Shown here: positions 1 through 12,417 of the stretch, one piece after another
Position numbering within the stretch: position 1 is the stretch's first letter
Layout of the letters: each line of letters opens with the position of its first letter
Source of the DNA: the human T2T-CHM13v2.0 reference genome, Homo sapiens
Reading direction: 5' to 3'
NCBI GenBank assembly: GCA_009914755.4
Contig: CP068257.2
Location: 34,176,001-34,240,000, forward strand
Length of the DNA stretch: 64,000 bases
Notes under the pieces: generated by a model
The model's database searches: none
What the model was told of the DNA's origin: nothing
What the model saw: the letters and a program-made list of their open reading frames with translations, nothing else
Translations under genes and position numbers: made by a program

Positions 1-29
1 TAATGGTTAACCTGAAGATTACAACACAC

Positions 30-335
<306 letters not shown>

Positions 336-857
336 ACAACAGGCTTTCTTGATTTATCACAGTCATATACACAGTATCATTTTATCACCAATTTTACTAG
401 AACTTTAGAGCTGTCTGACTCCATTTACCTCGCCATCTCTTTTGCTTTACTGCTATTGTACACCTAATTTATTGCATCAGTTTTAAACTTCATGAGACTT
501 TATAATTATTGCTTTGTACAATCAATAATTACTTCTATTTAGCCTCTTGCTTACTCATCCTAGTATGTTCATTTCTTCATGCGACCATTTGGAATTGTTT
601 TCCTTCTGCCTGAAGAAAAAAATGTTTTCTTTCAGTACAGACCTGCTAGCCATATTCCCTCCATTGTTATTTCTCTAAAAGTACCTTCCCTTCACTTTCA
701 CTATTGAAAATATTTTTCATTCTATTTCTGTGGTGGGTTTTCTTTTTCTTCACTTGAAACATGTTTTATTGTCCTCTGGATGCCACTGTGTCTCATGAGC
801 ATTCAGCTGTCAGTTTTGCCATGGCTTTTTGAAGGGTAATGTGTCTTTTTCTGAAGT

Positions 858-1488
858 TGTTTTGGTTTGTTTGTGTTTTTTGTTTTAAGTTCTGGGATAC
901 ATGTGCAGAACATGCAGGTTTGTTACATAAGTATACGTGTGCCATGGTGGTTTGCTGCACCTATCAACCCGTCATGTGGGTTTTAAGCCCTGCATGAATT
1001 AGGTATTTGTCCTGATGCTCTCCCTTCCATTCCCCCGACCCCGTGACAGGCCCCGGTGTGTGATGTTCCTCTCCCTGTGTCCATGTGTTCTTATTGTTCA
1101 ACTCCCACTTATGAGTGAGTACATGTGGTGTTTGGTTTTCTGTTCCTGTGTTAGTTTGCTGAGAATGATGGAGGGAGTGTAAATTAGTTCAACCATTGTG
1201 GAAGACAGTGTGGCCATTCCTCAAGGATCTAGAAAGAGAAATACCATTTGACCCAGCAATCCTATTACCGAGTATATACCCAAAGGATCAGAAATCATTC
1301 TACTATAAAGACACATGCACATGCATGTTTATTGCAGCACTATTTACAATAGCAAAGACCTGGAACCAACCCAAATGCCCATCAATGATAGACTGGATAA
1401 AGAAAATGTGGCACATATACGCCATGGAATACTATGCAGCCATAAAAAAGAATGAGATCATGTCCTTTGGAGGGACATGGATGAAGCT
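858..1488 (-). mobile_element. LINE-1 3' end carrying an internal inversion (twin-priming-type); the element as a whole lies on the minus strand
   Basis: 858-1171 is the reverse complement of the L1 3'UTR with a T-rich tail at 858-884 (ttttaagttctgggatacatgtgcagaacatgcaggtttgttacata...cccacttatgagtgagtacatgtggtgtttggttttctg...gtttgctgagaatgatgg). 1172-1488 is the forward-oriented end of L1 ORF2 (ttagttcaaccattgtggaagacagtgtggccattcctcaaggatctagaa...aatgagatcatgtcctttggagggacatggatgaagct). The two pieces are nearly contiguous in L1 coordinates (...gatgaagct / ccatcattctcagcaaac), with only about 5 bp missing at the junction. Confidence 0.8.
1172..1488 (+). pseudogene. Inverted L1 ORF2 C-terminal fragment (this is the ORF-track entry 1196..1612)
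   Basis: Translates to ...MFIAALFTIAKTWNQPKCPSMIDWIKKMWHIYAMEYYAAIKKNEIMSF, the conserved C-terminus of L1 ORF2p. Confidence 0.8.
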
Positions 1489-1602
1489 CAAGTTGTTTTT
1501 AAGGTTTGATTTTTTTTACTTTGGCCTTCAGCAGTTTTACTATGACGTTTCTAGGTATGTTTTTGTTTGTATTTCTATCATTCAAAATCCCATGTGCTTC
1601 CT

Positions 1603-1885
1603 TTTTTTTTGAGACAGGATCTCTGTCGCTCAGGCTGGAATGCAGTGGTGTGATCTCGACTGACTACAATCTCCACCTCCTGGGCTCAAGCAATCTTCCC
1701 TCCTCAGCCCCCCGAATAGCAGGGACTACAGATGTGCCACCACGCCTGGCTAATTTTCTGTATTTTTGCAGAGACGAGTTTCACTATATTGCCCAGGCTG
1801 GTCTTGAACTCCTGGGCTCAGGCAATCCACCTGCCTTGGCCTCCCAAAGTCCTAGGATTACAGGGATGAGCCACTGCACCTGGCC
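1603..1885 (-). mobile_element. Alu SINE, antisense
   Basis: poly-T 1603-1611, then gagacaggatctctgtcgctcaggctggaatgcagtggtg...gattacagggatgagccactgcacctggcc. Confidence 0.9.
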
Positions 1886-2283
1886 TCCAAGTGCTTCTTG
1901 AATCTAAGGGTTCAGTTTGGTAAAATTCTCAGCCATTATCACTAAAAATTTTTTCAGCTACATTATCTTCCTCCATTCACTCAGGGAATTCAATTTTGTA
2001 TATATTCGACCTTTTCAGCATATTTGGCATGGGTCTTACACACCTATTTTTTTTTAAATCTGGCCCTACGTGTTCATTGGTCCTGTGTTCTGCTGTGTCC
2101 AGTTAACTGCTAAGCTCAATATACTCCTAATTTCAGATATTGTATTTTTCCCATTATAGAATATCCATTTGATTTCTTATAGATTTTTAGTATGTGGCAA
2201 AAGTCTATCCTTTTATCTGTTTTGTCCATTTTCTCTATTTTTGAGCATATTAATCATAGTTAGCTTTAAGTCCTTATCTACTA

Positions 2284-2510
2284 TTTTTATTTTTATTTTA
2301 TTTTTATGAAACAGGGTCTTGTTCTGTCACTCAGGATGGACTGCACTCATGTGATCACAGCTCACTACAACCTCAATCTCCTGGGCTCAAGTGACCCTAC
2401 TGCCTCAGCCTCCCACATACCTGGGACTATAGGCACACATCACCATGCCCCGCTAATTTTTTAATTTTTTTGTGGAGATGGGGTCTCACTGTGTTGCCCA
2501 GGATGGTTCT
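2284..2510 (-). mobile_element. Alu SINE, antisense, truncated, with a T-rich (TTTTA)n-like tail
   Basis: tttttattttattttattttatttttatgaaacagggtcttgttctgtcactcaggatggactgcactcatgtgatcacagctcactacaacc...ggagatggggtctcactgtgttgcccaggatggttct. Confidence 0.8.
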
Positions 2511-2593
2511 GCTAATTTTAATATTTGATCATCTGTGGGTCTTTTTATCTGTTTTTCTCTTGCAGCCAAATTATAAAACATGCAAAAGTCAAA

Positions 2594-2707
2594 CTTGGGA
2601 GGCTGAAGCAGATCACTTGAGCCTAGAAGGTCAAGGCTGTGATGAGCTACGATCACTCTACTACACTCCAGCCTGGGCAACAGAGCAAGGCTCTATCACA
2701 AAAATCA
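2594..2707 (+). mobile_element. Alu right-arm fragment, sense
   Basis: cttgggaggctgaagcagatcacttgagcc...ctacactccagcctgggcaacagagcaaggctctatcacaaaaatc. Confidence 0.75.
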
Positions 2708-5219
2708 AGACTTTTGCATGTCTGATAATTTTCCATTGTATTCCAGACATTAAAAACTGCAAACACTCCAGGTGACTTTATCATCCACTAAGGAGAATTT
2801 TCTTTCCTCTATTAAGTGGATATTGTAAAGGACTGATCATTTCAATCCAATCGTGGGTTAAGCTGAAAATGGGTTAGGTTTTGGTTTTTGTAAGACTCAT
2901 CGTACCTCTGCTTTTCCTCCATTTCTATGATATGGGAATCCTAGCGTTCGTGGTGATGCTGGTGGGGTCTTTGGCTCTTCAGCCATAAAGGATCCCGGGA
3001 GTTTCAGCTTTGCCCTTCAGAGATGTTGACCTTAGCTCTCTATCTTCCCACTAGTGCAGCCAAAAATGTCTTGATGGGGAGACTATCCAACCGTTTGTTT
3101 CTCATTCCATACCCAGAAATTGGTCAGTGACCCCAGAGGGGTGGAGAGTAGATGGTAATGGCCAGTTCATCCTAAAAGGATTCCCTCCTTGCTTTCTTAG
3201 ATCTCTGTGCCTACAAAAATATGCTTTTTGTAAATTTAAATTGTATCTATTTTCTCCCAATTGTTGCAGCAAGAGCACTGGCCAGGACCTTCCACATCCT
3301 GGCAGGAGGTCCCCCGCCCTCCTTTGTAACAAATGATCTAACTGGTGACTTGATTCTTATTAAGCACCCTGAAATTTTTCATTAATAACAGAAGAAATTG
3401 GAATAAAAGCAGATCCCAGACAACTTGACTGTTGGGTTTTAAGAAACATTTAAAATGGTGTTTGTTTCATTCTCAGATCTGAAGAACATTTTATTTGGAA
3501 TAAGAACCACTTTTTACAGACAGACCAGGTTGACAGAATTTAAATCACAATTTCCAGTTCAGTTTCAATTTAATCATTCCATTTATACAAACCACAAATC
3601 AAAATAAAACCATTGTGACAGAAGAGAACCGTTTTGCCTATAAATTTTATCCTTGTGATTAAGACATGCTTGTAATAAATTATTTGGTTTTTGTTAAAAC
3701 AATATTGATTCACGTTACCCCACCCTCAGTCAGAATAAGCTCCACACTGACATAACAGAAAAAGAACTGATTGTTAAAAACCTGGAAAGCAGCCAAGTTT
3801 ACAATAGATTGCTCCTCCTGTTTATAAAAAGCTGCTATAACTGATTATTGCAAAAAATTTCCTCCAAGCAATGCACACACAAGTTGCTGCCTTGAGAAAT
3901 ATGGAAAGTTAGAAATTAGAACTTTACATGTAGTGTATAAATCTAATCAGTGCAAGGAATGAGTGCTGGGAACCCACAAAATACTGTAGGGAAGACTTCT
4001 TGCATGGCCCTTTATTCTTAGGAGTACAATGACTCTTGGAGAGGATCAGTGGCGCTTCTGGCTTAAAAATGCAACAGGGGCTTGTCATATTTAGGTGATG
4101 AACTACGTGATGTTTGTGCTAATTTCTGACCCTTTCCCATTTCCATGGCTATTCGCCCTTTTCAGAACTCCTCCACAACCACCTAATTGGTGTCTTCTTT
4201 CGCCCTAAATTCCTGAGGCCCTTGCTAAGTCCTACCCTTTTAAAGTTATACCACTTCACCTTCCTAAACTTATCACTGCCCTCCCCTTCCACCACACTGC
4301 TGCTGCTACCTGTGCCTTCCTTGGGGGAGACTTGCAAGGAGAGTAGAATAGAAATTCAGAAAATAAGCATTTTAAGGCCCTTCTATCTTAACAGGGAGGC
4401 ACAGCCCACCTTATGTAATGCACCGGGCTAGTCCTGGCCAGATTAATTGAGGAAATGGGTGGTTGTTCTTGCAGAATGAGCTGGGAGAAGAATGCTAACA
4501 TTAATTGTTCACAGTTTCCAGCCCTTTCTTTGGTTGTGCCTTCTTTATCCTGTCATAGCTGGTAAAAAATTCAAAGGCCACTTTTATTTTTTCAATCAAC
4601 AGCTTGACAGGATCTAATAAAAATGCAATCCCTTTAATGGACAGGTTAATGCACTGGCGAATTGAGGTCTAGGGCCCCTATACCTGGCACACACACAATC
4701 TTTTTCCTGAAACAGCTCTTCCCTTCCCATCAAAGGGTATGAATTATTTGTCCAAACAATCTCCCACTCTAAACTTAATACAAAAGCTTGGTTGGTGTTG
4801 AAATTTGGGTGGGGCCCACCAAATCTAAAGCTCTATAGTTCAGGGGAAAAAGCCGCATAGTATTCTAGAATATCAAATGAAACCAAAACACTCTACCTGC
4901 CAAGCATTTCCAGCAGCCAAATACCAATGTTAGATTGAGGTGGATGGTTCAAACCTAACAAGGTCAAAGAGGTGCTGCTTAAAGAGCTTTCAATATTGTT
5001 TCTTTAACAAATGGCCTGTTTCCTTGTTCTTTCATCAAGCAGAGTTTTTTCCAAAGTTTCAAGGTCTCAAAATGTGTAAGTCGCTTTTTCCATATTTTGT
5101 TTCGACATAAATATATTTATTTATAATTATTTAAGTTACTTTTACATATTCGGGAAAATATACATCTTTTTCAAAACACATTATATACGCTTTTACTGTC
5201 CTTAAAAGATGGCATATGG

Positions 5220-5520
5220 GGCCGGGTGCAGTGGCTCACGCCTGTAAGCCCAGCACTTTGGGAGGCCAAGGATCACGAGGTCAGGAGATAGAGACCATCC
5301 TAGCTAACACAGTGAAACCCCGTCTCTACAAAAATACAAAAAAAATTAGCCAGGCATGGTGCTGGGCACCTGTAGTCGCAGCTACTCGGGAGGCTGAGGC
5401 AGGAGAATGGCAGGAACCCTACCCAGGAGGCAGAGCTTGCAGTGAGCCAAGATTGTGCCACTGCACTCCAGCCTGGGCAACAGAGTAAGACTCCAACTAA
5501 AAAAAAAAAAAAAAAAAAAA
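5220..5520 (+). mobile_element. AluY-like SINE with a 22 nt poly-A tail, flanked by a 13-16 bp target-site duplication
   Basis: ggccgggtgcagtggctcacgcc...gatcacgaggtcaggagatagagaccatcctagctaacacagtgaaaccccgtctctac (Y-type diagnostic block)...aaaaaaaaaaaaaaaaaaaaaa. TSD aaaagatggcatatgg at 5204-5219 matches aaaagatggcacatgg at 5517-5533. Confidence 0.9.
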
Positions 5521-5533
5521 AGATGGCACATGG

Positions 5534-6005
<472 letters not shown>

Positions 6006-7027
6006 TCAGTCATCCAACCTACAAACCTGACTCTTGTCCCTTATTTCAACCTTGAGCCATACCCAAAAGCTTCATGCACATTTTGAGATACCTTCCTTTA
6101 CAAAACACCTGAAATCTGCAATCCCCTGCCAGTTCTTGGTGTCATAATCTTTACCCATGGCTGCATCGACTTGTTGGCTATTGTGTCTCTAATTCAATAA
6201 CACATGGATTCAGAGAGACTATGAGTCAAATCATGTCCCGTCCAAACATAACTACACACAGAAAAGTCCTGCATGACACAGTATGTAGGGTGGATATTAG
6301 TTTTGGCTCCCTTTTCTGACTTCAAAAAATGAACCCACCATGAAATAACAATTGTTAACTTCACAGATCAGCACAATTTTACAAAGCACTTTCAGCACCA
6401 TTATCTCATTCGGGCCCCACAAGAACTCCATGAAGTCGACAAAGCAGGCATTATCCTTATTTTAAAGATTATGAAATTAGGATCCAGAAAGGTCAATTAC
6501 CTTCCCAACAGCTCCCAGCTGGTAAGCGGCAGAGTCCCAGTAGCACAATGGTTCCAGCCCATCACACAGCCTCAGAAAAACTCTAATTAATGTAGTCTTA
6601 GCACAAAGTACAGGATCTATTCGAGCATTATAATCAGCAATCATTGGGATAAATATCTCTTAAAATTAACCCTTCTGAATGTGATGCCAAGTTATTAGAA
6701 AGCTCTAGCACCTTGAGACAGTGTTTCACATTGTAGCGCTTAAACTTCTCTCCTCTCTTTCTACAAGTTCACTAGGCTCTTCGTCCCTTCTCTGCTGCAT
6801 ATTTTAAAGTTACAAATATCCTATTATGTTAAAATGGTTGGGAAGTATGACTTTATTATTCAATTATGATGTGACATTATCCCAATAGTAATGTAACTAC
6901 TTTTTAGGATCCACTTTGCACTTACACAACTCCCCTCCCCCACCCTGTCAGATCCTGTCTTTATTTAAAATTTTAATATTTTGCTCATCATGGATGTTTG
7001 TATTTTTTATTTAAAAAATATATTACT

Positions 7028-7097
7028 GAGCCAGTTGCAGTGGCTCACACCTGTAATCTTAGCACTTTGTGAGGCTGAGGCAGAAGGATCACTTAGC
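7028..7097 (+). mobile_element. Alu left-monomer fragment
   Basis: gagccagttgcagtggctcacacctgtaatcttagcactttgtgaggctgaggcagaaggatcacttagc. Confidence 0.7.
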
Positions 7098-7098
7098 A

Positions 7099-7277
7099 GA
7101 ATAAAACTGAAAATCAACTCCAAAAGGAAGTGTCAACATTCTACAAATACATGGAAATTGAATATAATCTGCTCTTGAATGATCTTTGGGTTAACAATGA
7201 AATTAGGATGGAAATAGAAAAATTCTTTGAAATAAATGATTACAGTGATACAACTTATCAAAACCTCTGGGGAGATG
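7099..7277 (+). mobile_element. Isolated L1 ORF2 fragment, older and diverged, directly abutting the 5'UTR of the next L1
   Basis: aataaaactgaaaatcaactccaaaag...tacaaatacatggaaattgaatataatctgctcttgaatgatctttgggttaacaatgaaattaggatggaaatagaaaaattctttgaa. It is about 80% identical to the same ORF2 segment at 10468-10650 inside the downstream element. Confidence 0.75.
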
Positions 7278-8881
7278 ATCATTATGGCAGACGAGAGGCA
7301 AGACTAGATTGCAGCTCCAATTCAGATGGACAGAGCAGTGTGCACAGGCTTGCATCATGAATTTTGGCTCCAGAACGACTGCAAGAACAAACCAGGAACC
7401 CCAAGAGGGCCCACAGACCCTCTGAAGGAAGTGGACTGCTCCTGCAGGACCCGGGAGACACTCCAAATACTGTGATTGCTCAAACTGCAGAAGTGGGAAA
7501 GGGAGATCCTCCACTCCTGAGCACACATCCCCACGGGCGAAACTGAAGGTTTAGTTTGCAGGACAAGTTTCCAACCTTACCTGGAGCTGAGTCAATTTAG
7601 AGAGCCAAGCAAAATACAGGGGTAGAGGAAGCAGCAAGAAAGGCCTTGGGAGCTCGCTGGGTCCCCAAGCAGGCCATTCCTGCCTGGCACCACAGAGATC
7701 CTTTGGGAAGACGGCCAGAGGCACAGAAGAAAATGCCACAGGGAGAAGGAAGTCTTCAGCTGAACTTTGTAACAATTTGAACCAGACAAGAAGCCTCCTG
7801 GCCAGAACTTGGGGGAGGGCGTGAATCCAGCATTGCAGACTTTACAGAGAGGGGAAGAACCATGCCCTTTTCTTTCACAGCTGGGAGGCAGGTAGCCTGG
7901 GGCAAGTTCTCAAGCCCCGCTCACCCACTGCCTGGAAACAGACTCAGGCCTGTTAGTGGGGGCACAGTGGGAGTGAGACCACTCCTGCGGTTTGCATGGG
8001 AGCTGGGTGAGGCCTGTGACTGCCGGCTTTCCCCGACTTCCCTGACAACCTGCATGACTCAGCAGTAGCAGCCATAATCCTTATAGGTACACAACTCCAT
8101 TGACCTGGGAACCTCACCCCCATCCCCTACAGCAGCTGCAGCAAGACCCTCCCAAGTAGAGTCTGAGCTCAGACACGCCTAGCCCTGCCCCCACCTGATG
8201 GGCCTTCTACCCACCCTGGTAGCTGAAGACAAAGGGTATGTACTCTGGGGAGTTCTAGGGCCCCACCTACCACTGTTTCCTCTCCACACTACCACAGCTG
8301 ATGCTCTCTAGAAAGCACCACCTCTCAGCAGGTGGCCAACCAGCACAAAAACAGAGCATTAAACCACCAAAGCTAAGAACCCTCATTGAGCCCATTTCGC
8401 CCCCCTGCCACCTCCACTGGAACAGGTGCTGGTATACACGACTGAGACCCACAGATGGTTCACATTACAGGACTCTGTGCAGACAACCCCCAGTACCAAC
8501 CCGAAGCCAGGTAAACATGATGGGTGGCTAGACCCAGAAGAGAGATGATAATCACTGTAGCTCGGTTCACAGGAAGCCACATCCACAGGAAAATGGGGAA
8601 AGTACTACATCAAGGGAACACCCAATGGGACAAAATAATCTGAACAACAGCCTTCAGCCCTAGACCTTCCCTCTGACAGAGCCTACCCAAATGAGAAGGA
8701 ACCAGAAAACTAACTCTGGTAATATGACAAAACAAGGCTCTTTAACACACCCAAAACACCAGCAATGGATCCAAACCAAGAAGATATCCCTGATTTACTT
8801 GAAAAAGAATTCAGGTTAGTTATTAAGCTAATCAGATAGGCACCAGAGAAAGGAGAAGCCCAGTGCAAGGAAATCCAAAAA

Positions 8882-9694
8882 GTGATACAAGAAGTGAAGA
8901 CAGAAATATTCAAGGAAATAGATAACATAAAGAAAAAACAATCAAAACTTCAGGAAACATTGGACACACTTACAGAAATGCAAAATGCTCTGGAAAGCCT
9001 CAGCAATAGAATTGAACAAGTAGAAGAAAGAAATGCAGCGCTTGAAGCCAAGGTCTTTGAATTAACCCAATCCAAACAAAGACAAAGAAAAAAGAATAAG
9101 AAAATATGAACAAAGCCTCCAAGAAGTCTGGGATTATGTTAAACAACCAAACCAAAAATAATCAATGTTCCTGAGGAAGAAGAGAAATCTAAAAGTTTGG
9201 AAAACATATTTGGGGGAATAATTGAGGAAAACTTTCCTGGCCTTGCTAGAGACCTAGACATCCAAATACAAGAAGCACAAAGAACACCTGGGAAATTTGT
9301 CACAAAAAGATCATCGCCAAGGCACATTGTTATCAAGTTATCTAAAGTTAAGATTAAGGAAAGAATCTTAAGAGCTGTGAGACAAAAGAACCAGGTAACT
9401 TATAAAGGAAAACCTATCAGATTAACAGCAGATTTCTCAGCAGAAGCCCTACAATCTAGAAGGGATTGGGGTCCTATCTTCAGCCTCCTCAAACAAAACA
9501 ATTATCAGTCAAGAATTTTGTATCCAGCAAAACTAAGCATCATATATGAAGGAAAGATACAGTCTTTTTCAGACAAACAAATACTGGGAGAATTTGACAC
9601 TATCAAGCCACCACTACAAGAACTGCAAAAAGGAGCTCTAAATCTTGAAGCAAATCCTGGAAACACATCAAAACAGAACCTCTTTAAAACATAA
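8882..9694 (+). pseudogene. L1 ORF1 remnant, split into two frames (8882-9109 coiled-coil region; 9197-9694 C-terminal RNA-binding region, 165 aa open)
   Basis: ...QETLDTLTEMQNALESLSNRIEQVEERNAALEAKVFEL... and ...ENFPGLARDLDIQIQEAQRTPGKFVTKRSSPRHIVIKLSKVKIKERILRAVRQKNQVTYKGKPIRLTADFSAEALQSRRDWGPIF...; homologous to L1 ORF1p. Confidence 0.85.
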
Positions 9695-9769
9695 ATCACA
9701 TAGGACCTACAAAACAAAACTACAATTTAAATAACAAAAACAAAAATCAAGGTACACAGGCAACAAATA

Positions 9770-12166
9770 GCATGATGAATGCAATGGTGCCTCACATCTC
9801 AATATCAGCACTGAAAGTAAATGACCTAAATGTTCCACTTTAAAGATACAGAACTGCAGAATGGAAAAGAACTCACCAACCAACTATCTGCTGCCTTCAG
9901 GAGACTCACCTAACACATAAGGACTCACATAAACTTAAAGTAAAGGGGTGGAAAAAGGCATTTCATGCAAATGGACACCAAAAGCGAGCAGGGGTAGGTA
10001 TTCTTATTTCAGACAAAACAAACTTTAAAGCAACAGCAGTTAAAACAGACAAAGAGGGGCACTATATAATGTCAAAAGGCCTGGTCCAACAGGAAAATAT
10101 CACAACCCTAAACATATGTGGACCTAACACTGGAGCTCCCGAATTTATTTAAAAAATTACTAATAGACCTAAGAAATGAGACAGACAGCAACACAATAAT
10201 AGTAGGAGACTTCAATTACTCCACTGAGAGCAACAGACAGGTCATCAAGATAGAAAGTCAACGAAGAAACAATGAATTTAAACTATACCTTGGAACAAAT
10301 AAACTTAACAGATATATACAGAACATTTCATCCAACAACAAAATACACATTCTATTCAACAGCACATGGAACTTTCTCCAAAATAGACCATATGATAGGC
10401 CACAAAATGGCCTTAATAAATTTAAGAAAACTGAAATTACATCAAGCACTCTCTGAGACCACAGTGGAATAAAACTGGAAATCAACTCCAAAATGAACGT
10501 TCAAAACTACGCAAATACATGGAAATTACATAATCTGCTCCTGAATGATCATTGGGTCAAAAATGAAATCAAGATGGAAAAATAAAAATTCTTTGAACTG
10601 AATGACAATAATGACACAACCTATCAAAACCTCTGAGATACAGCAAAGGCAATGCTAAGAGGAAAGTTCATAGCCCTAAACGTCTACATCAAAAAAACTG
10701 AAAGAGCACAAACTGACATTCTAAGGTCACAAGTCAAGGAACTAGAGAAACAAGAACAAACCAAACCCAAACCCAGCAGAAGAAAGGAAATAATTAAGAT
10801 CAGAGCAGAATTAAATGAAATTGAAACCAAAAAAGATAAATAAAACAAAAATGCTGGTTATTTGAAAAGATAAATAAAATTGATAGGCCATTAGGAAGAT
10901 TAACCAAGAAAAGAAGAGAGAAAATCCAAATAACCTCATTAAGAAATGAAACAGGAGATATTACAACTAACACCATGGAAATACAAAAGATCTTTCAAGG
11001 CTACTATGAACACCTTTACGGACATAAACTAGCAAACCTAAAAGAGATGGACAAATTCCTGGAAAAATACAACCCTCCTAGCCTAAATCAGGAAGAATTA
11101 GATACCCCAAACAGACTAATAACAAGCAGTGAGATTGAAATGGTAATTTAAAAATTACCAACAAAGAAAGCCCAGGGCCAGATGTATTCACAGTAGAATT
11201 CTACCAGACATTCAAAGAAGAATTGGTACCAATCCTTTTGACACTATTCCACAAGGTAGAGAAAGAAGGAATCCTCCTAAATTCATTCTATGAAGCTAGC
11301 ATCACCCTCATATCAAAACCAGGAAAGGACATAATCAAAAAAGAAACCTAGAGACCAATATCCCTGATGTATATTGTATTAGTCTGTTTTCACACTGCTG
11401 ATAAAGACATACCTGAGACTGGGAAGAAAAAGAGGTTTAATTGGACTTACAGTTCCACATGGCTGGAGAGCCCTCAGAATCATGGTAGGAGGCAAAAGGC
11501 AGTTCTTACCATGGCAGCAGCAAGAGAAAATGAGGAAGAAGCAAAAGCGGAAACCCCTGATAAACCCATCAGATCTCTTGAGACTTATTCACTATCACAA
11601 GAATAGCACAGGAAAGACCAGCCCCCATGATTCAATTACCTCCCCCTGGGTCCCTCCCACAACATGAGAGAATTCTGGGAGATATAATTCAAGTTGAGAT
11701 TTGGGTGGGGACACAGCCAAACCATATCAAACGTAGATGCTAAAACCCTTACCAAAATACTAGCTAACCGAATCCAACAACCTATCGAAAAGATAATCCA
11801 CAATGATCAAGTGAGTTTTATACCAGGGATGCGGGGATGGTTTAACATATGCAAGTCAATAAATGTGATACACCACATGAACAAAATTAAAAACAAAAAC
11901 CATGTGATCATCTCAATAGATGCAGAAAAAGCATTCGACAAAAGCCAGCATCCCTTTATGATAAAACTCTCAGCAAAATCAGCATACAAGGGACATACCT
12001 CAATGCAATAAAAGCCATCTATGCTAAACCCACAGTCAACATAGTACTGGATGGGGAAAAGTTGAAAGCATTCCCTCCGAGAACTAGAACAAGAGAAGGA
12101 TGCCCACTCTCACCACTCCTCTTCAACATAGTACTGGAAATCCTAGCCAGAGCAATCAGGCAAGAG
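9770..12166 (+). pseudogene. L1 ORF2 remnant (EN and part of RT) with multiple stops and frameshifts; interrupted by the THE1 LTR and truncated at the 3' side
   Basis: ORF-track fragments 10118-10456, 10272-10472, 10652-10843 and 11694-12011 all match L1 ORF2p segments, for example ...[15 protein letters not shown]... Confidence 0.8.
11370..11728 (-). mobile_element. THE1-like MaLR solo LTR nested inside the L1 ORF2
   Basis: tgtattagtctgttttcacactgctgataaagacatacctgagactgggaagaaaaagaggtttaattggacttacagttccacatggctggagagcc...gggtccctcccacaacatgagagaattctgggagatataattcaagttgagatttgggtggggacacagccaaaccatatca, the reverse complement of the THE1-type consensus tgatatggtttggctgtgtccccacccaaatctca.... 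Flanked by L1 sequence on both sides. Confidence 0.65.
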
Positions 12167-12417
12167 CATGGAAAAGCATCCCATGCTTTTTAATAGTGAA
12201 GTGTTGATCCTGGATTCGACTTTTGCCATCCAGTACCATATCAACATCATCACTCTCCATATTGAGTTTTACGATGTGTAAAGCAACACTCTCTCTGCAT
12301 CTGCCTATCAGCTGCTATTTTGGGTGAATGTTTGGTCTTAGATTCTTCACCTCAAGGGTCTCACATCTTCAAATGGTCCATTATCGATGGTGCTGATGAT
12401 CCCTGTAAGTCCTCTAG

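Larger units (their letters stand above)
7283..12166 (+). mobile_element. Near-full-length old primate LINE-1 (L1PB/L1MA-grade divergence). Long 5'UTR (about 7283-8700), ORF1 remnant, ORF2 remnant. Truncated in the RT domain at 12166 and carries a nested THE1-type LTR
   Basis: L1 ORF1 coiled-coil and C-terminal domain ORFs at 8882-9109 and 9197-9694 (...RLTADFSAEALQSRRDWGPIFSLLKQNNYQSRILYPAKLSIIYEGKIQSFSDKQILGEF...). ORF2 endonuclease start at about 9770 (...ctcaatatcagcactgaaagtaaatgacctaaatgttccacttaaagatacagaactgcagaatgg). RT motifs follow through ...gatgcagaaaaagcattcgacaaaagccagcatccctttatgataaaactc...ctcaccactcctcttcaacatagtactggaaatcctagccagagcaatcaggcaagag. Confidence 0.85.

Noticed and set aside
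9197-9694. 165 aa open frame that could be mistaken for an intact gene
   Set aside because: It is the C-terminal two-thirds of an L1 ORF1 (RNA-binding domain). The N-terminal part is in a different frame (8882-9109) and ORF2 is riddled with stops, so this is a dead L1.
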